Assembly (NCBI GenBank): GCA_037200965.1 | Contig: JBBCGK010000001.1 | Location: 160,001-224,000 of the forward strand | Direction of reading: 5' to 3' | Length of the DNA: 64,000 nucleotides | DNA from: a bacterium | GTDB lineage: Bacteria; Patescibacteriota; Minisyncoccia; Phycocordibacterales; Phycocordibacteraceae | In this document: positions 10,144 through 19,490 of the stretch, in pieces | How the letters are laid out: each line of letters begins with the position of its first letter | Position numbering within the stretch: position 1 is the stretch's first letter | Notes under the pieces: generated by a model | What the model saw: only the letters and a program-made list of their open reading frames with translations | What the model was told of the DNA's origin: nothing | Database searches by the model: none | Position numbers and translations under genes: made by a program

Positions 10144-10485
10144 ATGGCACGTTCAATCATCCTCGAGTCCGACCCCGAAGCACGCGTTGGTTTCAACGCG
10201 CAGGAAGGAGCGGGACACGAGAAGACCGAATCCCGCGTCGTCATCGACATCAGCGGTTACAAGCTGGTGCATGACACGGAAACGGAAGGAGGCCTGCATG
10301 TCGTGCAGCTCTACCTCACCGTTCCTCAAATGGCACAGCTTGTGCGGATGTTTTTCTTGGAGATTGCTAAGGAAAACATCTACGCACAGCTCCTTCGTCG
10401 GCTCCTCCGGCAACGGTGGAAGGTCATGACGAATGGTGCCGCCAAGCACATGGGTTGGATGCCGCGATACGATCAAGGCGTCTGA
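10144..10485 (+). CDS. hypothetical protein
   Basis: An AGGAGG RBS lies 6 nt before the ATG at 10144. The protein is 113 aa with no recognised domain. Confidence 0.4.
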   Translation: MARSIILESDPEARVGFNAQEGAGHEKTESRVVIDISGYKLVHDTETEGGLHVVQLYLTVPQMAQLVRMFFLEIAKENIYAQLLRRLLRQRWKVMTNGAAKHMGWMPRYDQGV

Positions 10486-10576
10486 CCCTAAATATGAGTA
10501 ACCGAATTGTCGCCCCGGTGGTTGTGGGCGACTTTTTTATTACCATTACTCGTTCTGGAAGTGTTGGTAAATGAGG

Positions 10577-11419
10577 CTAAAGCGGATCCCGTGCGCCCTG
10601 AAGTCTTTCGGAGTGTCTCGTATTTAGTGTACCCGTCCGCCCCAGCTTATCCCGGTAAATCAAGGAAACAAGCGCGAAGCTTAGTACGAGCAGCAGGAGC
10701 CACGATCCGATCTTCTCGGGCGAAACCGGATGCCAGTGTCCCACCTGATTCGGATACACCCAGATGCGCGCGAACGTCCCGATATTCTCGGCCGCCCAGA
10801 CGAAGAGCGCGGTCAGAACCGCCGTTACGAGAAACGGCATGCTGCGCCTGCGGCGATACACCTCGAAACGCACCCGCGTCTTCCGGAAAACGAGGAGTAT
10901 GTAGATAAAAAGGATGCCGCGGATGTCATAGAAGAAGTGGTGCGTGAAGAAGTTGAGGTAGATGAGCGCCGCAAGCAGCCAGATATGGCCATAGGCAGGG
11001 AAGCGCTCATAGGAAAGTTTGAGGAAGACGAACGCGCGCGAAATATAGCTTCCGACCGCCGAATACAGGAACCCGGTGAACAGCGGCACGGTCCCGAGTG
11101 CAAATACCGTTTCCGCAGCACCGGGATACGTCCACGACCCGATCGCAGGACTCGTCTTAAAGAGCTCCATGCCGGTCGCAAGGAGATGGAACACGACGAT
11201 GACGAGAAACTCCCGCGGATTCTCGAACCGGAAGACAAGCGCACACAGCTGGAATCCGAGCGCGGCGAGGAATATGAAATCGTACCTGCTGATGAGCGGC
11301 ACGGAGACCGCTTCCGTGAAAAGAAACACCGAAAGCAGGAATATGCCGAAATAGCTCGCCCGCGCGTTAGCAATAAAGAAACGCCATAACTCGATGCCGC
11401 GCCCGCGCCATGTTTCCAT
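10577..11419 (-). CDS. polytopic integral membrane protein (DUF817-like)
   Basis: About eight hydrophobic segments. The YPNQ motif and overall size recall DUF817. Confidence 0.45.
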   Translation of the reverse strand: METWRGRGIELWRFFIANARASYFGIFLLSVFLFTEAVSVPLISRYDFIFLAALGFQLCALVFRFENPREFLVIVVFHLLATGMELFKTSPAIGSWTYPGAAETVFALGTVPLFTGFLYSAVGSYISRAFVFLKLSYERFPAYGHIWLLAALIYLNFFTHHFFYDIRGILFIYILLVFRKTRVRFEVYRRRRSMPFLVTAVLTALFVWAAENIGTFARIWVYPNQVGHWHPVSPEKIGSWLLLLVLSFALVSLIYRDKLGRTGTLNTRHSERLQGARDPL

Positions 11420-11482
11420 GAACGGATATAACGGGCCGCCCGAAGAAGAGGTTGCCGCGCCGCGGAGAACCGGCCTGTTTCT

Positions 11483-12868
11483 TTAAGGCAGGGATAGAGT
11501 GACTTGCCGTATCCTCTTGTACATCGTCTGCATCGCGTTTTCGGGCGCTTCCGGATTCCGGACGATCCGGGAGCTGTCGAACACGGTGAGAGTTATCGAA
11601 TTATCGGTATGCGTTTCTTCCGGATCGAGATAGGCATCAGCGCGCCCGGAATGATATGTTTCGCTTCCGTACAGCTTCGCGCGGAATACGGAGGAAAACG
11701 AACCGCGGTCGAGGCTATAGGTGTACACATCCTGGCTTCCGATATAGACCGCCATCTGCGCAGCGTCAGCCGGCCGGGCCTCCTCCAGGGGCGGATAGAT
11801 CGGCCGGTAGTTCGCGCCGTTCGGGATGGAGGTAGCGTGGCCGGTAGCGGAGTCTATGATCAGGTCATAACTGCTTTCCGCGCTTGGCTGCGAGACAAGC
11901 ACGTATCTCGTTCCTATCGCCCGCAGCCGGAGCCGGGAATAATACTCCGCATTATCGGGTTCCCTTGAGACGAACAGGGCGACGATATCGCTTTTAATCT
12001 TTTCTTCCTGCGGGGTAAGGCGGACATCGGCAAACCCTTTGCCCGCGATAAAATGGGGAACGACTCCCTTCAAGTCGTTTTGCAGCGGAGCGAGCGCCTC
12101 GCGGGAAACCGTCGCTCCTGGGACGAACCTGAACGATTCCGCCATCTTCTCCGCAACCGCATTCCCGAGCGGATAATGGATCATCAATTTGGTCCCGATG
12201 TCGTTTTCCACGAAGATAAATCTATGGACTGCCCCTTCCGGTTCCAACATGTATCCTTCGCCTACCCCCAGAAAGCTTTTTGTGAGGGTAAAGGAATACG
12301 CCTGTCGCCCCGCGAATGTCGTTTCCACGAGATCTCCCACCCGCTTGCCGAAGGCCGCACCATCCCCATCATTCACCTGGTCTTCGCGGATTGTCTCCGC
12401 GAACTCGCGCAACGGGAGCGCGACGCGGTCGGCCTGTGTCTTGTTCGCCTCAGGAATCTCGTTGGTAAAGGGAAGTTCGGCGCTTATCCAGAATATGATC
12501 GGGTGGCCGACTCCCGGGAAGCTCATAACCGCCTCGTCCGATTCCTCGACGGGGATGGTTTCCACCAGGGCAATATAGGAAACATCCATATCCGCGGGAT
12601 GCGAGACTTCATAGCCATGGACCGCATTAACGTATGCCTGCCAGTCCGCCGGAATCTTCGCGGACCGGTATTCCCAGGCGGCAAATACTCCGGCCGTGAT
12701 GATTAGGAAAACCGCCAGACCGATAACCCAGACGTGATGATTCCGTACATATTCGCGCGCGGTCATATATACGCACGATATCATGATGGTCTGGAATAGA
12801 CGCATGGCCTGACAAACAATGCCGTCCGTGGCACTATGCGGGAGGAAAGCTACGGAATAGAAAGGCAA
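11483..12868 (-). CDS. membrane-anchored hypothetical protein (long paralogue of 5201-6028)
   Basis: The C-terminal 230 aa align block-for-block with 5201-6028. The N-terminus has a TM helix. The exact start is uncertain. Confidence 0.5.
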   Translation of the reverse strand: MPFYSVAFLPHSATDGIVCQAMRLFQTIMISCVYMTAREYVRNHHVWVIGLAVFLIITAGVFAAWEYRSAKIPADWQAYVNAVHGYEVSHPADMDVSYIALVETIPVEESDEAVMSFPGVGHPIIFWISAELPFTNEIPEANKTQADRVALPLREFAETIREDQVNDGDGAAFGKRVGDLVETTFAGRQAYSFTLTKSFLGVGEGYMLEPEGAVHRFIFVENDIGTKLMIHYPLGNAVAEKMAESFRFVPGATVSREALAPLQNDLKGVVPHFIAGKGFADVRLTPQEEKIKSDIVALFVSREPDNAEYYSRLRLRAIGTRYVLVSQPSAESSYDLIIDSATGHATSIPNGANYRPIYPPLEEARPADAAQMAVYIGSQDVYTYSLDRGSFSSVFRAKLYGSETYHSGRADAYLDPEETHTDNSITLTVFDSSRIVRNPEAPENAMQTMYKRIRQVTLSLP

Positions 12869-12871
12869 CGC

Positions 12872-13354
12872 ATGAATACGAGAGAAACGCGGTCATGCGG
12901 TACCTGTACCGCATGCTGCAAGACGCACAGCGTATCCGGGTTCACGTTCGAGAAACCCGCGGGCAAGTGGTGCCAGCACTGCACGCCCGGAAAAGGCTGC
13001 AAAATCTACGAGGACCGGCCTCGGGCCTGCGTTCTTTTCAAATGTTCATGGTTGAAGGGTATCGGCGAGGAAGATGACCGCCCCGACCGACGCAAAGTCG
13101 TCCTTGATGCCGTGTATGTCGCAGGCGGACCGCCGGAAGGATATCTCCAGATGTGGGAGGTATCCGAAGGCGCGCTTCGAAAGCCATGGGCGAATGCGAT
13201 GGCGCGGCTGATGGTCGCGAAAGGGGCGATTGTAACCCATATTTATAGTTCAGGACGCAAGAAGATATTCCTTCCCAAGCAATACTCGAAGGAAGACTTC
13301 AGCTTCCGAAAAGCGGATAATTTCGAAATAGGGGATCCTTCGGAACTAAGGTGA
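12872..13354 (+). CDS. YkgJ-like Zn/Fe-chelating CxxCxxCC protein
   Basis: SCGTCTACC...C..C..C cysteine cluster at the N-terminus. A terminator hairpin with T-run follows at 13388-13422. Confidence 0.5.
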   Translation: MNTRETRSCGTCTACCKTHSVSGFTFEKPAGKWCQHCTPGKGCKIYEDRPRACVLFKCSWLKGIGEEDDRPDRRKVVLDAVYVAGGPPEGYLQMWEVSEGALRKPWANAMARLMVAKGAIVTHIYSSGRKKIFLPKQYSKEDFSFRKADNFEIGDPSELR

Positions 13355-13387
13355 TGAGGAACACCCAAGCGCTCCTGTGTCTCAGAA

Positions 13388-13422
13388 AAGCCGCCCCCGG
13401 AGGGCGGCTTCTTCTTTTGTTA
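13388..13422 (+). terminator. intrinsic terminator
   Basis: aagccgccc-ccggag-gggcggctt stem-loop followed by cttcttttgtt. Confidence 0.6.
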
Positions 13423-13451
13423 TACTTCGTATTATTCCTTAGACATTTCGT

Positions 13452-13793
13452 ATGAAAAAATTTCTTGCTCTCTATATGGCACCCGTCTCGACGCTTGAAG
13501 AGTGGGCAAAGACCGATCCGGGTACAAGAAAAGCGACGGAAGAGAAAATGAAAGCGGAATGGCAGGCGTGGATGGGCGCACACGCCGCGCAAGTCACCGA
13601 AACGGCAGGGCTTGGCTCCACCATGCGCACGACAAAAGAAGGTACTCTGGGTACAAAGAACGGCATCATGCTGTATTCGATGGTCGAAGCGGATTCGATC
13701 GAAGACGCGACAAAGTACTTTGAACACCATCCTCATTTGGAGATTCCCGGCGCGTCGATAGAGATCATGCCGGTCAATCCTCTGGCGGGATAA
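13452..13793 (+). CDS. hypothetical small protein
   Basis: 113-aa ORF. No confident assignment. Confidence 0.4.
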   Translation: MKKFLALYMAPVSTLEEWAKTDPGTRKATEEKMKAEWQAWMGAHAAQVTETAGLGSTMRTTKEGTLGTKNGIMLYSMVEADSIEDATKYFEHHPHLEIPGASIEIMPVNPLAG

Positions 13794-13809
13794 CCCGAAT
13801 ACATTCCGC

Positions 13810-14385
13810 ATGGAAATCGATCGGGAGATACTCAAGAAGATCAACTCGCTCCCGAATCCGATGCTCATCGCAATCTCGGGCTTTGGGGGATCGGGGAAAT
13901 CGACCGCCGCGGAAAAGCTTGGCGCGTACCTCGACGCTCCGGTGATAGGAGTCGACTCGTTCGCGCGCCACAGGCTTTCCGGCGGAACCGCGTGGAATTC
14001 GGTCGATTTCGGACGCCTTGAACGGGAAGTATTGAAGCCGTTTGAAGCCGGTCAGAATCCCCTCGTATACGGGCACTATGACTGGAGCAGCAACGGCATC
14101 GTGACCACCGCTCCCGTCGAACACCGGGGCCGCCTTATCGTAGAAGGCGTCGGCCTCTTCCGTCCGGAGCTGTATCAATACTTTTCATACATGCTGTGGA
14201 TAGACTGTCCGCTTGAGGAAGCGGCGGCGCGGGGAAAGAAGCGCGACAGGGAAATTCATAACAATCCGCAGGACGAGCGGTGGGACGGGGTTTGGAAAAG
14301 GAACGATCTCGAATACCTTGCGGCCTACAAGCCGGACGAAATGGCGAATGCGGTAATCAAAAACGAGAAGATCGATCTGACTTAA
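13810..14385 (+). CDS. P-loop nucleoside/uridine-kinase-like protein
   Basis: Walker A ISGFGGSGKST near the N-terminus. Its size fits the PRK/uridine kinase family. Confidence 0.55.
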   Translation: MEIDREILKKINSLPNPMLIAISGFGGSGKSTAAEKLGAYLDAPVIGVDSFARHRLSGGTAWNSVDFGRLEREVLKPFEAGQNPLVYGHYDWSSNGIVTTAPVEHRGRLIVEGVGLFRPELYQYFSYMLWIDCPLEEAAARGKKRDREIHNNPQDERWDGVWKRNDLEYLAAYKPDEMANAVIKNEKIDLT

Positions 14386-14395
14386 ATCAATACGT

Positions 14396-14734
14396 CTATA
14401 GCCACCGACTTACGCCGCCATGATGCGAGCAGGTGCCAGAACGATGCTGGCTGAAACTGTAGGTGCCGTCACGGCACTTCGCGGATGCTCCGGCGGGGGC
14501 GGAGTCGGAATAAGCAGGAGAGTGAACGCGGTTGCCGTCAACGTTGGTGTAGTAAGTATCGTTCGAGAGACTGGAAACTCCCTGCACGGCAGCGGCAGGT
14601 GCGGGAAACGAAGCCTGCGGCGAAGGGGAGGGGGAAGAAAAACCCGCGCTGCCCAGAGCGAGAGCGGCGACAACGCCTACCGGGATGAGGTAGCGCTTTT
14701 TCTTATACCAAGGGCGGTCTGATGCCGGTTCCAT
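14396..14734 (-). CDS. DUF3761-domain secreted protein
   Basis: N-terminal TM or signal sequence. The C-terminal motif KCRDGTYSFSQHRSGTCSHHGGVSRWL matches DUF3761. Confidence 0.6.
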   Translation of the reverse strand: MEPASDRPWYKKKRYLIPVGVVAALALGSAGFSSPSPSPQASFPAPAAAVQGVSSLSNDTYYTNVDGNRVHSPAYSDSAPAGASAKCRDGTYSFSQHRSGTCSHHGGVSRWL

Positions 14735-14775
14735 GGCCGAACCCTACGCTTATAAGGCCGGAATGCAACTGCCCG

Positions 14776-15819
14776 GCGGTGAATCCCCACCCTAATCGCA
14801 ACAAAGTTTGCAGGCTAATTGCAACAGCTCTTTTGGGTTCCACACTCTCTGGATATGGCACATACCCAGATTGGGCCAGGAGACTGGCCGGTGATTGCCC
14901 GCATGCTGCGGGCAGGACACGCGATCCGAGAGATCGCACGTACGCTTGAGAAGGATGCAGGATCGATCTCTCGTCATGTGAACGAATACGGCGGACGTGA
15001 GGGATATGATGTACGCGAAGTACGCAGAAAGAAGAAGCTGAAACGCATTGCTGCAATGGACAGTATTCGCGTGCTCAAGGGTGCGCTCTTGCGCACGGTG
15101 GTGCGTATGCTCAAAGACCACCACTCTCCTGAGCAAATTGAAGGGGTGACGGGTGCAGTCTCCGCCAGCACCATATACCGATATATTGAGGAGCGTGCTC
15201 CGCACCTGAAGCAGTTCCTCAGATCATCCAAAGGCAAATACCGTCGCAGGCGCGGTACCAAAATACGCGAGAAGGCTCGTGAAGCGGCCAAGAAGCAGCG
15301 TATTGATGACCGTCCAACGATTATTGAACGACGAAGCCGGCTCGGCGACTGGGAGGGCGATACGGTGCAAGGCAGCGACAAGCGAGTCCGCATTGTCACC
15401 TTTGTGGATCGCAGGAGCGGATACCTGGTTGCATACTTGTTGCCCAAGATGCGCGCCGAGCTCCTCACGTCGCTTGCGCTCGCACGCTTCCGTCATATTC
15501 CGCGTGCCAAACGCAAGACCATCACGCTCGACAACGGTCCAGAATTTGCCGACTGGAAGCGACTCGGGAAGAAGAGCGGGGCAACCGTGTACTTCGCATA
15601 CCCGCACCGTCCTTGGGAGCGTGGTACCAACGAGAATACCAACGGACTCCTGCGTCAGTACTTTCCTCGTTCGCTCAACTTCAACCTGATCACCCCTGAG
15701 GAGCTGGCGCATGTGGTGAAGAAGCTCAATGACCGGCCGCGCAAGCGTCTGAAATTCGAATCACCGCGCTCGATATTTCTGAGGAAGTGAGTGTTGCAGT
15801 TAGAGTGGGGTTCAGGCGG
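14776..15819 (+). mobile_element. IS30-family insertion sequence, copy 1 (about 1.04 kb)
   Basis: Imperfect terminal inverted repeats (left ggtgaatccccaccctaatcgcaaca; right end, reverse-complemented, ctgaaccccactctaactgcaaca). The right boundary follows from the divergence point against copy 2 (15819 versus 63050). Confidence 0.75.
14855..15790 (+). CDS. IS30-family DDE transposase
   Basis: N-terminal HTH, then GDWEGDTV, DNGPEF and TNENTNGLLRQYFP motifs typical of IS30 transposases. The protein is identical to the copy at 63081-64000. Confidence 0.85.
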   Translation: MAHTQIGPGDWPVIARMLRAGHAIREIARTLEKDAGSISRHVNEYGGREGYDVREVRRKKKLKRIAAMDSIRVLKGALLRTVVRMLKDHHSPEQIEGVTGAVSASTIYRYIEERAPHLKQFLRSSKGKYRRRRGTKIREKAREAAKKQRIDDRPTIIERRSRLGDWEGDTVQGSDKRVRIVTFVDRRSGYLVAYLLPKMRAELLTSLALARFRHIPRAKRKTITLDNGPEFADWKRLGKKSGATVYFAYPHRPWERGTNENTNGLLRQYFPRSLNFNLITPEELAHVVKKLNDRPRKRLKFESPRSIFLRK

Positions 15820-15925
15820 CAGTCGATTGACATAATCCGATATGTAGTCCAAAGTCTCGCATGGAAGAGCCCGTGTTCGCGATAACGCGGACACGTCTTG
15901 AAAACAACCAAGAAGGAAGAAGCTG

Positions 15926-17281
15926 ATGGAAAACACGATACTCTATTTCCTGCCCTCACGGGTCGCGAAGAGCATCCCCGATCTCGGAGATGACGTCACG
16001 CTCGGCCCTGAAATGATCTTCAAGGCCGATGACGGATTCTTCGTGCGCGGACACGTGCTCGGTGGTCCCGCAAGCGGCATTCTCAGGCTGCTTCGGGAAG
16101 CCGATCTCACGTCCTGCGGCTCAAGCGCCGCAGACGGCGCACCCGTCGTTATCGTCTCGCGCAAAGCGGACGAAAACGATATCCTCATCACGCATCATCA
16201 GACCGGCGAAAACACGCCGGAGTCGGAACTCTACCCGGTGCTGCTTAACAGCTCCAGAGACGCGCTCATGCGCTTCGCCGCCTATACGGGGCTCGTTCCC
16301 CGGATGCACTTCAGGGCGACGCGCGTTTGCGAACCGTTCGCCGAAGGCGACGATTCCACGATCCACTTCATCGTCGGCGCAAGCCCGCCGGGAGCGATAT
16401 CCGAGCTCGACCGCCGGGACCTGTGCGGCGTGCGTCTGCATCCAAGCGGCCTGTACCGGACTACGAACGGCCCGACGCACGGGCGGGGCTTCCTCATCAA
16501 GGACGAACACGACCAGTTGTGCGCGCAAGTGCTAGACCGGAACGTGTTCCTCTTTACGCCGCGCCTTACTCTCGAGACGTCGGCGCTGTTTTCTTCCGAA
16601 GGGGGCGACCTCCTTCTGAAGATACTCCGCCTTGTTTCGAAGGCCTTGGCCGAAGACCGGAAAGCCGAGACTGAGATATCTCTCGATTCGGCCGAGGCAT
16701 ATGGACAACACGCCTTCGCCAGCATGATCGCCAGCAATAAAGACGTTCTCGCGGCTATCAAGAATGCCGAGAGCGAGATCGAACGGTTACGTACCAGGTA
16801 TCATGAAGCGCTCGCGACACATCGGCACTACATCGCCACCCTTGCGATGGGGAGCGCCATTCTTGAAGGCATGGTGCAGGAAAATGCGGAAAGCGACTGG
16901 AAACGGCTTTCGTCCAATCCGCTCGTCGAGGGGCTATCTGTCCTTGACGGGGCGCTTCATGTGCGGACGAAACCGATTATCGGCATACACGAAGGGCGCC
17001 GCTATGACTATGGGCCCTTCATGATCCGAATGCACTTCCGAGGAACAATCTCGATCTGGGCGCTCGCGCCCACGCATCCCCGCAAACTCCATCACCCGCA
17101 TATCTCGGAACGGAGTTCGCCGTGCTTCGGGAACGCGGGACTGTATATCGAGGAAGCCCTCGAATCGTTTCGGGTCGCCGATGCGCTCGAGCTCGTGCTC
17201 GAGTGGCTCGTGTCCGGGTATGATCCGGCGCTGGCAAGCGTAAAGATCGAAGAGTGGCCTCTCTATCAGGAGGCCGCGTGA
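15926..17281 (+). CDS. E2/UBC-like protein with a roughly 350-aa N-terminal domain of unknown function
   Basis: C-terminal HHPHISERSSPC. It matches the E2 catalytic signature HPN-x7-C with identical H-to-C spacing. A GGAAG RBS lies upstream. The stop overlaps the start of the E1-like gene (TGATG). Confidence 0.5.
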   Translation: MENTILYFLPSRVAKSIPDLGDDVTLGPEMIFKADDGFFVRGHVLGGPASGILRLLREADLTSCGSSAADGAPVVIVSRKADENDILITHHQTGENTPESELYPVLLNSSRDALMRFAAYTGLVPRMHFRATRVCEPFAEGDDSTIHFIVGASPPGAISELDRRDLCGVRLHPSGLYRTTNGPTHGRGFLIKDEHDQLCAQVLDRNVFLFTPRLTLETSALFSSEGGDLLLKILRLVSKALAEDRKAETEISLDSAEAYGQHAFASMIASNKDVLAAIKNAESEIERLRTRYHEALATHRHYIATLAMGSAILEGMVQENAESDWKRLSSNPLVEGLSVLDGALHVRTKPIIGIHEGRRYDYGPFMIRMHFRGTISIWALAPTHPRKLHHPHISERSSPCFGNAGLYIEEALESFRVADALELVLEWLVSGYDPALASVKIEEWPLYQEAA

Positions 17282-17934
17282 TGGGCGCGCTCAATCATTC
17301 GCACCAAGTCAGAATCTTCGATCCGGCCAATGCCCGCAAGACCGTCGTCTTCGGCGTCGGTGCGGTAGGCAGCTGGCTTGTCGAATTTCTCGTCCGGATG
17401 GGCGTGAAGGATATCGAGGTCTGGGACGATGACTTTGTCGCCTCGGACAACCTGCCGTATTCGCGGTACCTGCCGAAGCACCTCCAGATGTATAAAGTGG
17501 ATGCGCTCCGGCAGATACTGGCCGAACTCGGCGTGGAGCTTGCCGTACACCGGGAGCGCTACGTCGGGCAGGTGGAATACCGCAACGTCTCGGTCGTCTC
17601 GTGCGTTGACGACATGATCCCGCGAAACACTATCTGGGACATGGTGAAGCGGCAGAGGATCTCGATCGATCTCTTCTGCGACACCCGTATGGCAGGGGCG
17701 TACGTTGAAGCCTTTGCCATCGCGCCGTGCGATCCGAAGGATGTGCGGCGATACGAAGCAATGCTGTTCCCGAACGAGGAAGCAATTCTTCAAGCGTGCG
17801 GGAATCACAACATCGCCTACGCAGCAAGCCGTGCGGCCGGGATTGTGGCGGCAAACCTGACACAGTTCTGGTCTCACGGCACGAAAGAGTGGCTCCGCCG
17901 CGAGCGTTGTGATACGCTCAAAGTGGTCCCGTAA
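17281..17934 (+). CDS. minimal ThiF/MoeB/E1-like adenylyltransferase
   Basis: Rossmann VVFGVGAVGSWLVEFLVRMGV...DDDFVASDNLPYSRY and a downstream CGNHNIAYAASRAAG block typical of the ThiF/E1 adenylation domain. The protein is 218 aa. Confidence 0.7.
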   Translation: MGALNHSHQVRIFDPANARKTVVFGVGAVGSWLVEFLVRMGVKDIEVWDDDFVASDNLPYSRYLPKHLQMYKVDALRQILAELGVELAVHRERYVGQVEYRNVSVVSCVDDMIPRNTIWDMVKRQRISIDLFCDTRMAGAYVEAFAIAPCDPKDVRRYEAMLFPNEEAILQACGNHNIAYAASRAAGIVAANLTQFWSHGTKEWLRRERCDTLKVVP

Positions 17935-17967
17935 CCATCAGCCGCCAAACGAGAAGGAGATATTCTC

Positions 17968-18198
17968 ATGGCAAACACCACCGTGACCGTCAAGGTCACT
18001 CCCGCCGGGGGAGATGCCTCGGAACAGTCCGTCGAAATCGAAGCGACCGGCGCACCCGTCAGTGCGGTTCTGGAGAAGGCGGGCATCAAGTACGACCCGA
18101 CCCAGCAGATCATGGTCGACGGCGAGCCGGCCGATCAGCGCACCCACGTTCCGGCAGGCGGCGTGGTATCCATGACCGAAAAGGTGCGCGGTTCCTAA
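17968..18198 (+). CDS. beta-grasp ubiquitin-like / ThiS-MoaD-like protein (76 aa)
   Basis: A GGAGA RBS lies 8 nt upstream. The ...IMVDGEPADQRTHVPAGGVVSMTEKVRGS tail resembles ThiS/MoaD C-termini, with Gly penultimate. A strong terminator follows directly. Confidence 0.5.
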   Translation: MANTTVTVKVTPAGGDASEQSVEIEATGAPVSAVLEKAGIKYDPTQQIMVDGEPADQRTHVPAGGVVSMTEKVRGS

Positions 18199-18223
18199 AC
18201 ACTTCGCGCTCAGTGCAAGACAA

Positions 18224-18259
18224 GGCCGTCCGGTAACCCCGGGCGGCCTTTTGCTTTTT
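18224..18259 (+). terminator. intrinsic terminator
   Basis: ggccgtccgg-taac-ccgggcggcc stem with one mismatch, followed by ttttgcttttt. Confidence 0.65.
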
Positions 18260-18296
18260 ATTGCATATACAGAAAGCACGATATCATCCGGAAGAT

Positions 18297-19460
18297 ATGC
18301 TCCGCGTTCTCATCGCCGACTATAAAAACGCCGATATCTCGGCAGAGATACCCTACCTGTTCAAGAAGGCGGGCTGCGAGGTCGATGTGTATTGCAGAAA
18401 AGGTTCCTGGCTTTTAAAGAACCGCTCATGGGACAGGTGGCACGAGGCAGCGAGCGACCCTGCCGAATATGCAAAGGGCCTTATAGCCCGAGTTGAGAAC
18501 GCCTCGTACGACTGGATTATCCTTACGGACGACCCGGTGCTGAGGATCATGAACGACAGGATCGGCGACGATTCGGCGGCACTCAAGATATTGCCCGTTG
18601 CAAAGCTTGCGAACAGGAATGTGATCGGCTCGAAAGCCGCACTTTCGCTTCTCTGCGAGAAATACCAACTCCGAACTCCTCCGTTCGCGATATATAACGA
18701 GGGAGACGATCTGTCCGCCCTCACGGCAACGGTCGGGTATCCGCTCCTTCTTAAGGTCGACCGGAGCGGCGGCGGGAGCGGCGTATTCCGCTGTATCGAT
18801 GAATCCAAGCTCGCGGAAACACTCCGCCTCCTCGCTCCCGATCAGAGAAAGAATCTCGTATTCCAGAAATACATCGAAGGAGACAACATCGGCGTCGACG
18901 CGCTGTACCGAAAAGGAACGCTGCTCGCCTATGCCCGCTCGAAGGTCGTGCGAACGGTGACGGACGAATTCAGCATTTCTTCGGTGCGTTCGTACGCGCC
19001 GGATGAAACCATCGAACCCGAACTGCGGCGCATAGGGGAAGAGATCGGGATCGACGGCTTTTGTAATTTCACGTTCATGCAGGAGGGAAGGACGGGAACG
19101 TACTACCTCATCGAAGCCGACCTGCGCCCGCACGCCTGGTTCTCCCTCGCGCGCCTCGGCGGCGTCGACTTCTCACTTGCCATACGCAACTACTTGTCCG
19201 GTTCAAATACGCTTATAGGGCAGCCTTGCGCGGCGGAAGTCGAGATCCGGCACTTCTTCAGGGATTTCAATTGGTCGGTCGAGCGGGGGGACTGGCGCGG
19301 CATTCTCATGTGGATCTTCAATAGAGACGGCCGATGGAAATTCGTTCCGCTTCATGACCGGCGGATCTTTTTTGCGACGCTGGGGCAGCTTGCCAGGAAC
19401 CGCCTGCGAAGCCTGCACCGCCTCCTACATGTATCCTTCATGAAGCGCCTGCTAGGGTAG
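18297..19460 (+). CDS. ATP-grasp family ligase
   Basis: GYPLLLKVDRSGGGSGV and EGDNIGVDAL motifs are characteristic of ATP-grasp enzymes. A GGAAG RBS precedes the ATG at 18297. Confidence 0.55.
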   Translation: MLRVLIADYKNADISAEIPYLFKKAGCEVDVYCRKGSWLLKNRSWDRWHEAASDPAEYAKGLIARVENASYDWIILTDDPVLRIMNDRIGDDSAALKILPVAKLANRNVIGSKAALSLLCEKYQLRTPPFAIYNEGDDLSALTATVGYPLLLKVDRSGGGSGVFRCIDESKLAETLRLLAPDQRKNLVFQKYIEGDNIGVDALYRKGTLLAYARSKVVRTVTDEFSISSVRSYAPDETIEPELRRIGEEIGIDGFCNFTFMQEGRTGTYYLIEADLRPHAWFSLARLGGVDFSLAIRNYLSGSNTLIGQPCAAEVEIRHFFRDFNWSVERGDWRGILMWIFNRDGRWKFVPLHDRRIFFATLGQLARNRLRSLHRLLHVSFMKRLLG

Positions 19461-19490
19461 GGAAGCAAGGTTTTATAATACTTAATCATC

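Noticed and set aside
8280-10250. Methyltransferase ORF as given extends to 656 aa
   Set aside because: The first ~88 codons are Cys/Ser/Arg-rich and do not look like protein. The conserved methyltransferase fold begins at the Met at 9986, so the gene was trimmed.
17968-18198. Ubl gene as a plain ThiS/MoaD sulfur carrier for thiamine or Moco synthesis
   Set aside because: No thiG/thiH/moaE-type partners are present. The adjacent E2-like HPH..C protein instead argues for a conjugation module. This interpretation is kept in the finding's 'would_refute' field.
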